Source: Eledone cirrhosa
Taxonomy: Eukaryota
Length of the DNA stretch: 64,000 nt
Direction of reading: 5' to 3'
NCBI GenBank assembly: GCA_964016885.1
Contig: OZ024755.1
Location: forward strand, 25,792,001 to 25,856,000
Both the position numbers and the translations under genes were made by a program. Below the pieces are notes generated by a model, which did no database searches, was not told where the DNA came from, and saw only the letters and a list, made by a program, of their open reading frames with translations. This document shows positions 37,020-51,450 of the stretch, in pieces. Within the stretch, counting starts at the first letter, position 1. Each line of letters opens with the position of its first letter.

Positions 37020-39162
37020 AGTGTAATGTGTGTGATGTGTAATGTGTGTGTGTTGTGTTTGTGGTGTATGTATGCGTGTATATGTGTGGAGTGTGTATGG
37101 TGTGTGTTGTGTTTGTGGTGTATGTGGTATGTGTAAATGTGTTGTGTGTCTGTATGCGTGGAATGTGTGTGTGGTGTGTGTATGTGATGTTTGTGGCATG
37201 TGTATGTATGTGTGAAGTATGTGTGATGTATGTGTGCTGTGTGTGTGTGTGGTTTGTGTGCTGTGTGCATATGTGTACTGTGTGTCTGTGGTATGTTGTG
37301 TGTGTGTTTGTGCATTGTGTGGCATGTGGAGTATCTGAGTATGTGTGGTATGTGTGTGGTGTGTGTTTGTATGTGTCGAGTGTGTGTGTGGTACATGGAG
37401 TGTCTGTGTGTGGTGTGCATCTGTATGTGTAGAGTGTGCATGGGTGTGGTGTGTGTGTGCATGTAGATATGTGGTGTGTGTGGTGTGAGTGTGTGCATTT
37501 ATATGTGTGGTGTGTGGTGCATGTGTGTGTGTGTGGTGTGGTGCATGTGTGTGTGTATGTGTAACAGTGTATATATGAATATGAGTGATTTTATGTGTCA
37601 ATGTTTGGCTAGTGTGTGTGTCATGAATTTGAGAGAAAGTGAGTGTGTGTGAGAAATGGAGACTGTGAGTGTGTGGGGGGGGTAACTGTGTGTGTGTATG
37701 TGTGTGTGCGTATGTGTGTGCATGTGTGTGTGTAAGTGTATGTGTGTGTGTATGTGTGTGTATGTGTGTGTGTGTGTGTGTGTGTATGTGTGTATGTAAG
37801 TATGTGTGTGTATGTGTATGTATGTGTGTGTGTATGTGTGTGTGAGTAAGTGTGTGTATGTGTGTGAGTAAGTGTGTGAGTGTATGTGTATGTGTGTGTA
37901 TGTGTGTGTGAGTAAGTGTGTGTGTGTGCAGAGAAGGATATGTACATATGCATGAATATAAATTTGTATGTATATCTATAAATGTATCATCATCATCATC
38001 ATCGTCATCGTCGTTTAATATCCACTTTCCATGTATATGTATATAAATGTATATATATGAATATATATATATGTGTGTGTGTGTATGTGTATGTGTGAAT
38101 ATATATCTGTATATATGTTCTTGTATAGAATAAAGATAAGCCGGATTAAGTTCATATATATCTGTGTGTGAGTTTGTATGTGTGTATGTGTATGCATAAA
38201 TGTGTGTGTATGTGTGTGTCCGTGTTAGTGTGTGTATATGTGTCAGTGGGTGTGTGTATTTCTTAGTGTGTGTGTGTTTCTTAGTGTGTGTATGTGTGTC
38301 TGTGTTAGTGTGTGTATGTATGTGTGTCAGTGTGTGTGTCTGTGTTAGTGTGTGTATGTATGTCAGTGTGTGTGTCTGTGTTAGTGTGTGTATGTATGTA
38401 TGTCAGTGTGTGTGTCTGTGTTAGTGTGTGTATGTGTATGCGTCAATGTGTGTTTGTGTCTGTGTTAGTATTAATGTGTGTATGTATGTGTATCTGTGTT
38501 AGTATGTATGTATGTGTGTCTGTGTTAGTATGTGTATGTGTGCCTGTGTTAGTATGTGTATGTATGTCTGTCTTAGTATGTGTATGTGTATCTGTGTTAG
38601 TATGTATATGTGTGTCTGTATTAGTATGTGTATGTATGTCTGTATTAGTATGTGTATCTGTGTTAGTATGTGTCTGTGTTAGTATGTATGTGTGTCTGTC
38701 TTAGTATGTGTATGTATGTCTGTATTAGTATGTGTATGTGTATCTGTGTTAGTATGTGTATGTGTGTCTGTCTTAGTATGTATGTGTGTCTGTGTTAGTA
38801 TATATGTGTGTCTGTATTAGTATGTGTATGTGTGTCTGTCTTAGTATGTGTATGTGTATCTGTGTTAGTATATATGTGTGTCTGTATTAGTATGTGTATG
38901 TGTGTCTGTCTTAGTATGTGTATGTGTATCTGTGTTAGTATGTATGTGTGTCTGTCTTAGTATGTGTATGTGTATCTGTGTTAGTATGTGTATGTGTATC
39001 TGTGTTAGTATGTATGTGTGTCTGTGTTAGTATGTATGTGTGTCTGTATTAGTATGTGTATGTGTGTCTGTTTTAGTATGTGTATGTGTGTCTGTCTTAG
39101 TATGTGTGTGTGTGTCTGTATTAGTATGTGTATGTGTGTCTGTGTTAGTATGTGTATGTGTC
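37020..39162. repeat. Compound (GT)n-derived low-complexity and ~22-bp tandem repeats
   Basis: (tgtg)n variants, and (gtctgtgttagtatgtgtatgt)n from about 38220 to 39160. Confidence 0.9.
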
Positions 39163-39440
39163 TGCCAGAAAAGAAGAAACAGGTTTGTTGAATCTGTGTT
39201 AAGGGTGGACCAAAACTGATGAGTAGAAAATGATTGATTATTGATGATAACAGAATGGTGGGAGTGATTGGTTGTGATTGGTTGTGATTAGTTGTGATTG
39301 TTAGTGATTGGTAGAGATCGAAGGGATATAATATACATATATTTATTGATGAATACACTCACAACACTTAATTATATAAACAGACACATATACGTACAGA
39401 ACAGATAGGTAGGTAGATAGATAGAAATAGATATAGATAA

Positions 39441-39499
<59 letters not shown>

Positions 39500-41196
39500 G
39501 CTGTCACCTCTGTTTTACAGATGCTGGAGTCTCAGCTGGAATCTCAGCATTATTTTGGTTTGACTTTGCCTTTCATCTTTACGGGGTCGATAAAATAAAG
39601 TACCAGTAATACACTGAGTAATTGCTGGCCTTGTGCCTAAAGTAGAAACAATTATTTTATGTGAGGTCGACATTCATGCACTTTTAATTTTCATTAAGTT
39701 TCATGTGATCTTCTTTTCTTCTTCTTCTTTGCCCACTTATTTCTGACTAGGTCGTGGGGACAGAGTCCTCAAACACTCCTTTTAGAGGGGCCTGTCAGAA
39801 GCAACCATCTCCAACTCATCTGGCTGAATCCCCCAAGCACGACCAGCCAAGCTCATGGATGTTATCCAACCATCTTGCTCAGGGTCTAAATGTCAACCTT
39901 TTTTATTGTTGCACATGAAGGAATACCATACAAAGCAAACGCTGGACAAAATATATTGCAGTATTTATTATTTGCTCCTTCAAAGTTCATCTTCATCATC
40001 ATTGGCAGTATCGGTAGAGGGTCGGACGCCATGCTTTCGATCTGAGTTCAAATCCCGCCGAGGTTGACTTTGCCTTTCATCCTTACGGGGTCGATAAAAT
40101 AAAGTACCAGCAATACACTGGGATAATTGCTGACCTTGTGCCAAAAGTAGAAACAATTATTATTTAACGTCAATGTTTCCATGCTTGCATAGTTCGGAAG
40201 GATTGTCATAAGTCCAATCAGTACATAATCGGAGCTACTGTCCTCCCAGATGGACCAGGAGCCACGTCTCACAGAGGTTTGGTTTTGGTATGATTTCTAC
40301 AGCTGGATGCCTTTCCACTCATCCACCACTTTACCGAGTGTACTGGGTGTTGCACCAGCACTCTAGAGATTGCCATGGCATTAACACAGCTGAAAGAATT
40401 TTCTCAACACACTATTTGGTATAGTTTTTACAACTGGATACCTTTCTTAATATCAATCACTTTACAAAATGTACTGGGTGTACTTTATTATGGCACTAGC
40501 ACTCTAGAGATTACCATGTCCTTGACATAGCTGAAAGAATTTTCTCAACACACTGTTTGGTATTGTTTTTACAACTCAGTACCCTTCTTAATACCAATCA
40601 CTTTACAGAGCATACTGGGTACAGAATGTACTTCTAAGTTCCAAATTCAAATTCTGTTAGATTTGAATGTACTTGTCATTCTTCTATAATCAATGAAATG
40701 TGTACCTGGCATCCACTGTGGTCGATTTAATAAACTATTGTCCCCTGTGTGGTCTACTGTTAGAATCAATATTTCTATTGTATTTAGTTTCAAGTCTTTT
40801 CAAAACAAATCAATACCTATATTATTATTTTTTCACTGATCCTGTCCATAATTGAAATGATACATCATTGATGGATCATTCAAAAGAAATCAATACCTCT
40901 ACTATTGGTTTTTCACTTACCCTGCCCATAATTGAGCTCATACATCATTGATGGGTCGTTGTTTAGAAGATTTCTTTGTTTTTGTAATATTCATTCTAGA
41001 CTATAAATTGACAGTCGTTAGGATGTCGAGATGAATGTCTTACTATTTCTACCTCTTCTTGGCACTATCAGTTAAAATATTGTCTCATCGAAATCAACTT
41101 TGTCTTTCATCCTTTTGGGATAACTAAATCTGTTGGTTGGTGAAACAACGGAATTGTTAAAGAGTCGGAAGGAATTCTTTGTGGTATCTGTTTCAG

Positions 41197-41269
<73 letters not shown>

Positions 41270-41787
41270 CTGAGTTTGAATCATCTCACCCACTGTTACT
41301 GAAAAAGTGATGATGTTTCTACAAAGATAGTGGAGTGCTATATAAAATGTGTTTACAGTAATTGCATTCCTTCACATTCATCAACATCATCACCATCACC
41401 ATCACCATCACCATCATCATCACCATCACCATCAACATCATCATCATCACCATCATCATCGTCACCATCATCATCATGATGGTGGTGGTGGTAATGGTTG
41501 TGGTGATGGTGGTGGTGGCTGTGGTGTTAGTGATGGTGGTGGTTATTGTGGTGTTAGTGGTGGTGGTGGTGTTAGTGGCGTGGCGGGGGTGATGGTGCGA
41601 TAGTGGTCATCCTGGTTGTGTTTGCTGTGGCAGCGTTGGTCGCGGTCAGGGGTGTGGACGGAACAGGGGAGAAGCGGAATTGACTAAAGCAGTTGATGAA
41701 AGAAATAATAATGAATAGTTTTTTTTTACCAGGCAGAGAGCCAATAGTTTTGTCTGATAATGTTCATGGCTGACTGCCTCTATATAG

Positions 41788-41955
41788 GGTTTATAGATAG
41801 ACAAGGAAGGGTTGACTGCCTCAGAATAGCGTGTTATTGGTCTTTAAGGTTTATAGATAGACAAGGAAGGGTTGACTGCCTCAGAATAGCGTGTTATTGG
41901 TCTTTAAGGTTTACAGATAAATTAGGAATGGTTGGCTGCCTCAGAATAGCATATT
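41788..41955. repeat. 60-bp tandem repeat, about 2.8 copies
   Basis: Unit ggtttatagatagacaaggaagggttgactgcctcagaatagcgtgttattggtctttaa. Confidence 0.85.
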
Positions 41956-42015
41956 ATAGGAAATACGTTGATGACAACGACGAAGAAGACACTACATACA
42001 TACATATATGTATGT

Positions 42016-42086
<71 letters not shown>

Positions 42087-42646
42087 TAGGAAAATTAACA
42101 AAGAGAGGACAAGGCAACAAACGAAAACAAGACAACATGAAAAGTAACTTATTAAGGGGAAACCTTAAAAAATTGTCACACCATCTGACAGGAACCAAAC
42201 GCTGTCCAGTGGAGTAAGAGACGAGAGACAAAACATTAATTTATACCAATTAAACTATAACAAGTACACATATAATTTTATGCGAGATCGGGAAAAAGTG
42301 TGGTGCCTCTTATAGTACGAAAGTCTTGGAAATGTAAGCCGTTTAAATTAAGTGGGAGGAAAGAGATAATACGTTCGTTGTGGAAGAAATAACTGAAACA
42401 CAGGCATCCAAAAACACAAAATCTTATAAAGGTAACAAATAGAAATTGAATTATCCTCCCACCCCAACACACAAGGTCATATTTATGGATTTACTTAATT
42501 GGAGAGGCAGTTTGTTTCGACAGATAGACACGCGCATACACCACAGGGCATATAGACACAGATTTCTACATGACTTTTATTTACAGTTGTATAAATAATA
42601 TTACAAATTGTTCACAATTCTTTCAGAATGAAAATATAAACACAAG

Positions 42647-42860
42647 TCGGTCGCTCTCCGACAGGTTTGCGGTCGTGCCCCTAACAGTGGAGACTTCTGG
42701 TATTCTTGGCCCTAGGGCTACCTCCTTACTTACCACCATAGGCGCTGAGCTGGCTAGCCGCAGGCGTGAGCCTCGCGAGATGGAATGGTTCTTCCAGCGC
42801 ATCTTCCTTACCATCCTCTGGGAAACGCCTTCTGCCTTCTGTCCGCCGGGGCCGTGGGGT
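42647..42860 (+). mobile_element. CRE-like non-LTR retrotransposon, restriction-like endonuclease C-terminal fragment
   Basis: GC-rich island encoding FAVVPLTVETSGILGP..L..IGAEL..RRREPRE..WFFQRI, which resembles the CRE P-x-x-ET-x-G / QR-x-S motif. Confidence 0.6.
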
Positions 42861-45494
42861 GGCCAGCACGTGGGACCTCATTTGCTCATAATAGAAAGAG
42901 ATGGGGAGTGCGAGAGAGATGGAGGTGATGACAGTGGGAGTTCGGCTCTTCCGTGTTCGGACACATTTATCAATTCTATGTTGCTGTTGATGATTGAAAA
43001 AACATAACAAATACAATTAACCATTGCTTAGAAACCTCACAAATACAACGCACCAAAATATACGATCAAAGCGAGAAAAAGAAAAAAAGGGAAACAAAAA
43101 TAAAAACACCCATCAACTGATGGTTGTTTTTATTTTTGTTTCCCTTTTTTGACAATCAGTCGCACATCACAAGGGTCTTTGAGGCAAGCCAACACGCTCG
43201 AAGCATGACCTCGCGTGATGGCGAGCCTAAGGCGCTAAAACAATCAAGCACAATAACGGGCATCACTTGACATCTGGATAAAGCGAGCCGCCAACGATGA
43301 CAAGAAATTCGCTATCGACATAGTTATACAAATACAGATACGATTGATGGACTCACAACCAACATATATACACCTTCAATAATAGTTAAATTACGGAACA
43401 TACATGTATCTCTCCATACATGCTCTTATATACATTAATCCACTCCCAAAGAGGGTGTAGGATCCCAAGTTGAGCAGTGTTCATGCATGTACGTCTGTAC
43501 TCTTTTACGTATATATATTTTTATATGGTCAGTATTAGTTATTCAAGTATCTCAGTGTGGAAATGCCTAAACAGACTAAGATCTGGTGTTGGACGTGCAA
43601 AAGTCACTCTTGCAAATTGGGTTATTTAATGGTTAGGGACGCTGTGTGTGACTGCGGGATCGAACCACAGACTACGCAACACCTCCTGATATGCCCCCCT
43701 GCTGGAACACCCCAGCATTGAACTTCGCAGAGTTTAATGAGAAAGGAAAGCAATGTGTTCAGCTGTGGCGGAACCACATCTAGCCAAGCTTTGTAACTGA
43801 CACTCTTGTGGACACGGTAAGAAGAAGTGGGCCCGTGTAGACACAGGGAGAGCATATGTAAAACATGAAAGTTAGAAAGCTGCACAATTGATAACTGCAT
43901 AAAGGAAATTGCTTAATTGACGAAATGGATAAAGAAAATCCGTAATAATAATTGATTTACAATCATCCCGGTTTACGTTTTCTGACCGACGGATTGTGAG
44001 CATTACCATATGTAAGCCTTCTTCAGAAAAAACTTATAATGAGCCTGTGTAATGAGGAAGAAGGTATATTGGTGTTATAAGAAGCTAGGCTGGTTTGTAG
44101 AATCTAAAAGTTTTTAGGATTTTGTGATTGCAGGATATTATTATCTCAAGTTTGTTTGTTTTATTTAGAAGGAATTCTTTAGAGATCATAATTCGGAAAA
44201 TTTCCTGGGACCAATGTGGGCACTCACTCCGTTCTCCATTATTTGGCCTTGGCAGTATCGGTAGAGAGTCGGACACCATGCTTTGAAGCATAGAGTTACC
44301 TCCCTTTATGATCTGAGTTCAAATCCCGCCGAGGTTAACTTTGCCTTTCATCCTTACGGGGTCGATAAAATAAAGTACCAGTAATGTACTGGGTAATTGC
44401 TGGCCTTGTGCCTAAAGTAGAAACAATTATTTGGCTTTGCTTTTTATTTCAGGACACTCCAAGAAGAAGAAGAAGAAGAAGAAGAAGAAGAAGAAGAAGA
44501 AGAAGAAGAAGAATCACATATATGTCACCATCATAATCATCATTTAATATGACCCAATACTAGACACGTCAGAGAACGCATCTTGCTCAAAAAATTCATA
44601 CATTATCATCACAATCATCGTCATCATTATCATCATCATTATCATCATCATCCTCATTATCATCATCGTCGTCATAATCATCATCCTTATCATCATCGGA
44701 AGGATGAGAGAAAAAAAATTGACCATCCAACGTTTTAGCGACTCTGTCAATTTGCTGTCTTCCTTTGTCATACAATAACAGATGAAATCACACCTTTCAC
44801 ATACGTTCTATATAGTATGTCCACAATATAATGATAAAGTCAATCCCAACAGAAATTGACTTGGAATTTCATCAGTAATCAACTACCAAGCATTAATTCA
44901 CTGAGAAAATGATCTAAGAAACAGCAAACACTCTCATGCGGAATCGATATATTCTAGAATTGATCAGCAAAGAATACTGTTAAAATAAAGATCACAAAAC
45001 GACCAATTTATCGATAAGCTCCATAAACATTTGAAGAACAATAAATTGAAAACGCCCATCTCATGTTTGGAATGAATGTGTCAGCAATTACATGTTTTGT
45101 TAACTAACAATAATCACAACTGTTCAACACCTTTTTTTCCTTCTTACAGGTACCGGATGGAAGAAAATATAATTACTATTGATATTTTACAATACTTTAT
45201 AGCCTTAGGTTTCAAACTAACTTTCTCTTGGTGCATTTCTTATAAAAATTATGCAAATGTAAATATATTTATATTTGTAACCAAGACGGTCATTAGAGAA
45301 GCGGTGTGCAACATGTTCCATTGACGGGCCACTTTTGAACATTGGGACAACTATTAGAGCCATTAATATTTATTAAGCACTATTCCAAAGATCCACCACA
45401 ACTTCTTTCCGTAACATGGAACTAGGAAATTATATCAGTGAAGCCCTTTAGTATAGGTCAACTAACAGAAAATTGTATTACGGTTACGAAAAAA

Positions 45495-45905
45495 TTGTTC
45501 CTGTTTGCCTTTGGTATAGACCACATCGCCCGGAGTATCACGGCCCCTCTCAACGTTTGGTATATGGAACGATGCTACGTTAGGCGGGCCCGTTCAGACT
45601 GTCTGCCATGACATACAATCGGTGGTTCCTGCCCTGGCGGGAATCGGCCTCCAGGTCAACCCGGCCAAGTCGGAGGAGGTGAATGTCAGCCACGATGCTG
45701 AGAGCTTTGCAGCCTCCGTCTCGGACGTGCGGTCCTTTCTCCGCCAGGTACAGGTGACCCCCAAAGAGGATGTCCTCATCCTCGGGTCACCGATCCACCT
45801 GCCGGCCATCCGCTCCACCATCAGGTCCAGGCTTCAACAACTCCAGACTCTCACGAGCTGATGCCTGGGCTTGATCGACGGCCATCCAGCTTTCTTTCTG
45901 CTGAG
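45495..45905 (+). mobile_element. CRE-like reverse transcriptase fragment
   Basis: LFAFGIDHIARSITAPLNVWY/(D)DATLGGP...GLQVNPAKSE...ILGSPI, with a frameshift at the YxDD motif. Confidence 0.7.
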
Positions 45906-46117
45906 GTAAAAATTATAAACGGTCATCGCGGGCCATTCTGACTGGTCTGGCGGACCGGATTGTGGCCCGCGGGCCGCTGTTGCACGCCCCTGCATTAGAG
46001 GATTGGGTTAACCCTGTTGATACCATAACTAGCTATGGTTCTATGAGAAAAAGAACATTCATTTTGAAGAAGAAGAAGAAGAAGAAGAAGAAGAAGAAGA
46101 AGAAGAAGAAGAAGAAG

Positions 46118-46148
<31 letters not shown>

Positions 46149-47729
46149 CACCATCTCCACAACCACGATAATGCCATCACCATCACCACTACCAGCAACC
46201 ACCACTACCACTACCACACCAACAACAACCACCACCACCACCACCACACCACATCAACCATATCACCAACAACTACCATCACCACCACCGTTACAACATC
46301 AACCATCACCACCACCGTTACAACATCAACCACCACCAGCAACTACAACCAATCCCCACCACCGTTACATCAACCACTACCACCAGCACTACTACTAACA
46401 ACTACCACCACCACTACCTCTACCACTACTACTACCAGTAACACCACCACCACCACTACCTCTACTACCACCACTACCTCTACTACTACCAGTAACACCA
46501 CCACCGCCGCCACCACCACCACCACCACTCCCAGCAACACCACCACGACCACTATCACCATACCACTACAACCACTACTACCAGTAAAACCACCACCACC
46601 ACCACTACCACCACTACCACCACCACTACTACTACCAGTAACACCACCACCGCCACTACCACCACTCCCAGCAACACCACCACCACTATCACCATACCAC
46701 TACAACCACTACTACCAGTAAAACCACCACCACCACCACTACCACCACCACTACCACCACTACCACCACCACCACTACTACCAGTAACACCACCACCGCC
46801 ACTACCACCACTCCCAGCAACACCACCACCACCACTATCACCATACCACTACAACCACTACTACCAGTAAAACCACCACCACTACCACCACCACCACTAC
46901 TACTACCACTACAATGTTGTCAGTAAAAAAAAATATGAGATTATCCTAAAACAATTATCTTCTTTAAAACTATAGTAACTATAGCAACAGAGATCCGGAA
47001 CAAAATCAGACTGATGGTGGTGGTGGTGGTGGTGGTGGTGGTGGTGGTGGTGGAGATGGTGGTGGTGGTGGTGGTGGTGGTGGTGGTGGTGGTGGTGGTG
47101 GTGGTGGTAGTGGTAGTGGTGGTTGTAGTGGTGGTGGAGATGGTGATGGTGATGATGGTGGTGGTGGTGGTGGTGGTGGTGGTTGTAGTGGTGGTGGAGA
47201 TGGAGATGGTGATGGTGATGATGGTGGTGGTGGTGGTGGTTGTAGTGATGGTGGTGGTGGTGGTTGTAGTGGTGGTGGTGGTGGTAGTCGTGGTGATGGT
47301 GGTGGTGATGGTGGTGGTAGTCGTGGTGATGGTGGTGGTGGTGCTGCTGGTGGTGGTGGTGGTGATGGTTGTTGGTATGGTGGTGGGGGTTGGTGTGGTG
47401 GTGGTAGTGGTAGTGGTAGTCGTGGTGATGGTAGTCATGGTGATGGTTGTTGGTGTGGTGGTGCTGGTGGTGGCCGCGGCAGTGGTAGTGGTGGTAACAG
47501 TGGTTGTTGATTCGTTGTTATTATGAGGGTGATGGTAGTTGTTGTGGTGGTTGTTTTTATGTTTCCTGTGGTTCTTTTTTTCTCCTGTTTCTTCTTCATC
47601 CACTTTTTCTCCATCATCTTCTCCTTTTTCTCCTGTTTTTCTTCTTCTTCATCTTCTTCTTCTTCTTCTCCTTATTCATTATGTATAACTAACACACTAT
47701 ATATGGTAATCACTGGATCTTTAACTACC

Positions 47730-48570
47730 TGCTAATCTCAACAAGGTCCTTTACCTGACACTACTTTCCAGAGTATAAAGTGCAGTGCCATGGCAATCTT
47801 TTGTAGGAGAGTAATTTGTGGTTCGAATTCTATTTATTTAAGATGGTCTCCCAGTTTTAATGGCATCGTTATCAAAGTTCCGATCACAACTGGAATTATT
47901 TGGATGTTGTTTGTTGGTATTGACAACATTCATACAATTTCAGTCTTGAAATCGTAATATATATGCAGTGCCTAGTAGTGCTATTTTCTCCATGAGGTAT
48001 ACATTTGTATGTCCTTGGGTTTTAGTTATGTATCTGTCTATGTATTTTTATCATTCCCGGAGCACCTCATATTATAGCAATTGTTTCTGTTTTCATCATC
48101 TACATTCGAGTTATTTCTATCTCCAGATCTTTATATTTGGATAATTTCTTCATTTCCTTGATAGATATATTATCGTCTGTGTGGGTTGATATACGTCAAT
48201 TCGAAAATATTTCTTTTCTTTGTGATCTTTGGCTTTGATCTCTCTGTCTGTGTATATTGGCATATCTCAGAATATGGTTGCTTTGCCATTCTTTGACACC
48301 TTTGTTTTGTGTTCTGTTGGTATTTCTTAGTGTTGGCATAACTTCCAGTATATGTAAATCTCAACTCTATTATGTTTGTGGATATATTCCTTTCTAGCTA
48401 AGACTAGACAGCTAGAGACAGTGTAGTTAATTGTTTCTTCTCCATCACCACTTATTCTGCAGTTACTTATTATGTTCTGCTTCATATAGTATATGAGGTG
48501 GTTTTTGATGAAGAGGCATTGATCTTGTGCTGCAATTAGTAATCCTTCAGACTCGACTTTTAACTCGTTA
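47730..48570 (-). mobile_element. R4/Dong-like (RLE-type) non-LTR fragment
   Basis: Minus-strand remnants LKVESEGLLIAAQDQ, ETINYTVSSC and IPVVIGTL. Heavily decayed. Confidence 0.6.
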
Positions 48571-49315
48571 GCATTTACATTACTCTATATACACTGTTGT
48601 ATTTTTGTGACAAATGCTCTATCTTAACAAAATTATCTCACATAATATCGAATCTACGAGATTTTAATACTATTTATTTTGAGAACAATACCTCAACATA
48701 AGTATGAGTGGCCAGTTACGGCTGGTTTGAACAGAAAGAGGTGAGAGAATTCTGGCCGGATACAGCCGGTTTAAATACTAAAGGGTTAAACCAGTTCTTC
48801 TTAACCAGTTTTTAGAATGTTGTTTGTCCATTCTCTCCCTATTCAGGTTTTCAATTATTAGCCATATAAAGGGTTGTGTTGCCATCGTTTTAGCATAGCA
48901 TTCTAGATATCTGTTTTCAATTTAGATTTTATCTTTTTCGTAGTTTCTCTTGTTTCTTCCTTTTTTATTTCATCTTCCTCATAATTAATTATTAGTCAAT
49001 TCAGCTTCGATTTTAATTTTGTTGGCTTCCTTGACGATAGACAAGTTTTTTTCTATTGTTCATGTTTCGTAGCTATCTGTATTAACTTTCCATTATTCGT
49101 CATTGGAGATTTTTGCGGTCCTACAGTGATTGTTTTATAATAGTTTTCTAATTACATAAGGTTCCTACCTTCCTGTCTTCGTGAAAAGTATAATCTTTCT
49201 ACATTTGATTTTAGGTGGTATATTCTAAATGCAGTCATTATTTTTCTTGTTTTTCTGTGTAGTCTTGTCAGTTCTTTTAGTGCTCAGTTCAGAATATTAA
49301 AACTGAATAGATCTC

Positions 49316-50270
49316 TTTCTTTATTTGCCATAGGGGCGTACAAAAATGGGACATTACAAGACGTGACGGCGGGGGTTTTACATAAAAATAACTTTAACAA
49401 TAATAAAAAACAATAAACTATATATAATAAAATAACAATTGAAATCCCCAGTAAGGGGGAACGTTACTGCAGGGTTGTTTTACACCCCGTGGATAGAACA
49501 ACCCTCAACACCAGGAACACATTTTGTAGGTGTTCCTGTCTTCCCTCTGTTTATCTTCCTCAACCTACAGGTTTATATACAGAGAAGGCCCATTCACTCG
49601 GGCCATTTTTGCCACATTCACCCACCTTTCAGCGAATTTACTGGGGTGTAGCACCTCTCTCTCCACTCTCACCTTCCTTCTGAAGTGATACTTAAAGAAG
49701 GAGATAAGTTGTTGTCCGGAGAGAAAGGTGTTTGCCCTCAGTCCTTTTAACCTCGTCCACCATATTACCTCTTTCGCCATAGCCACCAGACAGAGGAAAA
49801 CCGCCTGTCCTTCATTCTTAAATGAAGGCGGCGATGTGATCCTCACGATGGACTCAGCTGACAACTGGATGCGTCCCACACGTGACAGTAGCTGTTCGAC
49901 ATAATTCAACAGGTCGGTCGCTCCTGGGCACTGAACAATTGCGTGCAGAACGGTTTCGATGTCTTGCTCGCATCTTGGACAGGTCCTTTTGGCAGGATCT
50001 CTGCCAGGGCGTCTGTGCCTGTAGATTTTGTCACGAACTGGTAGAGCTCCTCGGTAGCACTGCCAGGCCAGAGACCTCTGGAAGTTATCCATAGGCCCTG
50101 GACGGAAAGTCCTCCTGAACAGACTGGTCAGTTCGTCCTCCTCGATGCCTAGAATTTCCCCGAGAACGTTGTCGCACTTATCCTCCATATATTCCCCATT
50201 AGTATATCGAAGTGGAGTCTCCGCTGATTGCCGTTTCCGCTTGGTAGAGGGCTGTGAGCGCCTGAGATCG
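49316..50270 (-). mobile_element. Tx1/L1-clade LINE, 3' ~950 bp
   Basis: Open frame with LAWQCYRGALPV...CPRCEQDIETVLHAIVQC (ORF2 CCHC finger), 3' UTR and AATAAAGAAA. Confidence 0.9.
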
Positions 50271-51450
50271 TTGTAATGTACAGTGACATCTGCACGGTGG
50301 TCAGAATCAATGGCCACGTATCGGGGTCGTTCAGCATTATGCATTTGGCGCGTCAGGGAGGCCTCTTATCATCTCTTTTATACATATTGATTCTTGAGCC
50401 ATTACTACACAGGTTGGTGGAGCTGAGAGGCGTCACGCGTGAACATGGGTGTGGGAGATCTGTGTCGGTATATGCTGACATCACCGGAGTTGTGTTGAAC
50501 ATCAAACACATGGAGGTGATCAGCGTGGCTCTGAGAGAATACGAGACGGTGGCGGGAGCAAAATTTAACCAGGAAAAGTCGGTGGGCCTACAGGTTGGCA
50601 CCTGAAGAGGCGAGTCCATGCCGTCCAACAGCGTTATAGAGCGCTGGACAGACGAACCGGTTAAAAAGCAGAGACAACAAAATTATCACCAACAGGGCGA
50701 ACAACATTATCAACAAAAACAACGGAAGAACCAACAACAGCAGCCACAGCAACACCAGAACGCACTGGAATTTCCCAGTCACCATTTCACACGTGCATCC
50801 AGACATGTTTGGATGCACTATAGCGCCCACTCTTCCGCTTTTTGTGGAAGGGACAAGTTCCAATAGTTAGACGGTCCATCTGGCTGTCATCATCCGCTGC
50901 CGGGAGGACTGGGCTGATGGTGCGCAAACATGCTCTGAGGCCGCCACATCACCAGTGTTTCCTTGACGGTTAACAGGTACCGTCGCTTTTCACCAGACAC
51001 GTATTTCCCCTACTCATCTCCTTGGCGGAGCTGCAGTCTTGGGTCAAGCAAAGACCGAGAGGGAGCGCTTGGAAACTGGAATGTCTTCAAGCAATCTCAG
51101 TCCTCAGCCAATCAAGCACTGTGATCGGTGGAAACTCCACTTTGGCGTACCATTAAGGGTTGGTGGCGGGAAAAAGCGATGACGTTCTTGGGAAGACCTT
51201 GGGTATTGAAAACCAGCTGCTAGCCGCTCTCTTCCTGAGAACCTTCAGTCCAGGGCCGATGTATAACTTCCAGAAATCACTGGCCTGGCAGTGCTACCGG
51301 GGAGTTTTATCAGTTCGGGGTAAACTCTATAGGCATGAAAGTGGCGTCAGCCGAGCATGTTCTAGATGCGCGCAGGGCGACGAAACCGTCCTACACGCAT
51401 TAATTCATTGCTCAAGCATTGCTGACTTGTGGCTTTATGTCGAACATCAA
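50271..51450 (+). mobile_element. Older Tx1/L1-clade LINE fragment (RT to zinc finger)
   Basis: RQGGLLSSLLYILILEPL, YAD, AKFNQEKS, then LAWQCYRG..CSRCAQGDETVLHALIHC. Interrupted and frameshifted. Confidence 0.85.

Noticed and set aside
43970-44032. Additional minus-strand hammerhead (CTGAAGA...GAAAACGTA), and a GAAATGCGCA motif near 365-380
   Set aside because: The stems do not pair convincingly, or the CTGANGA half is missing.
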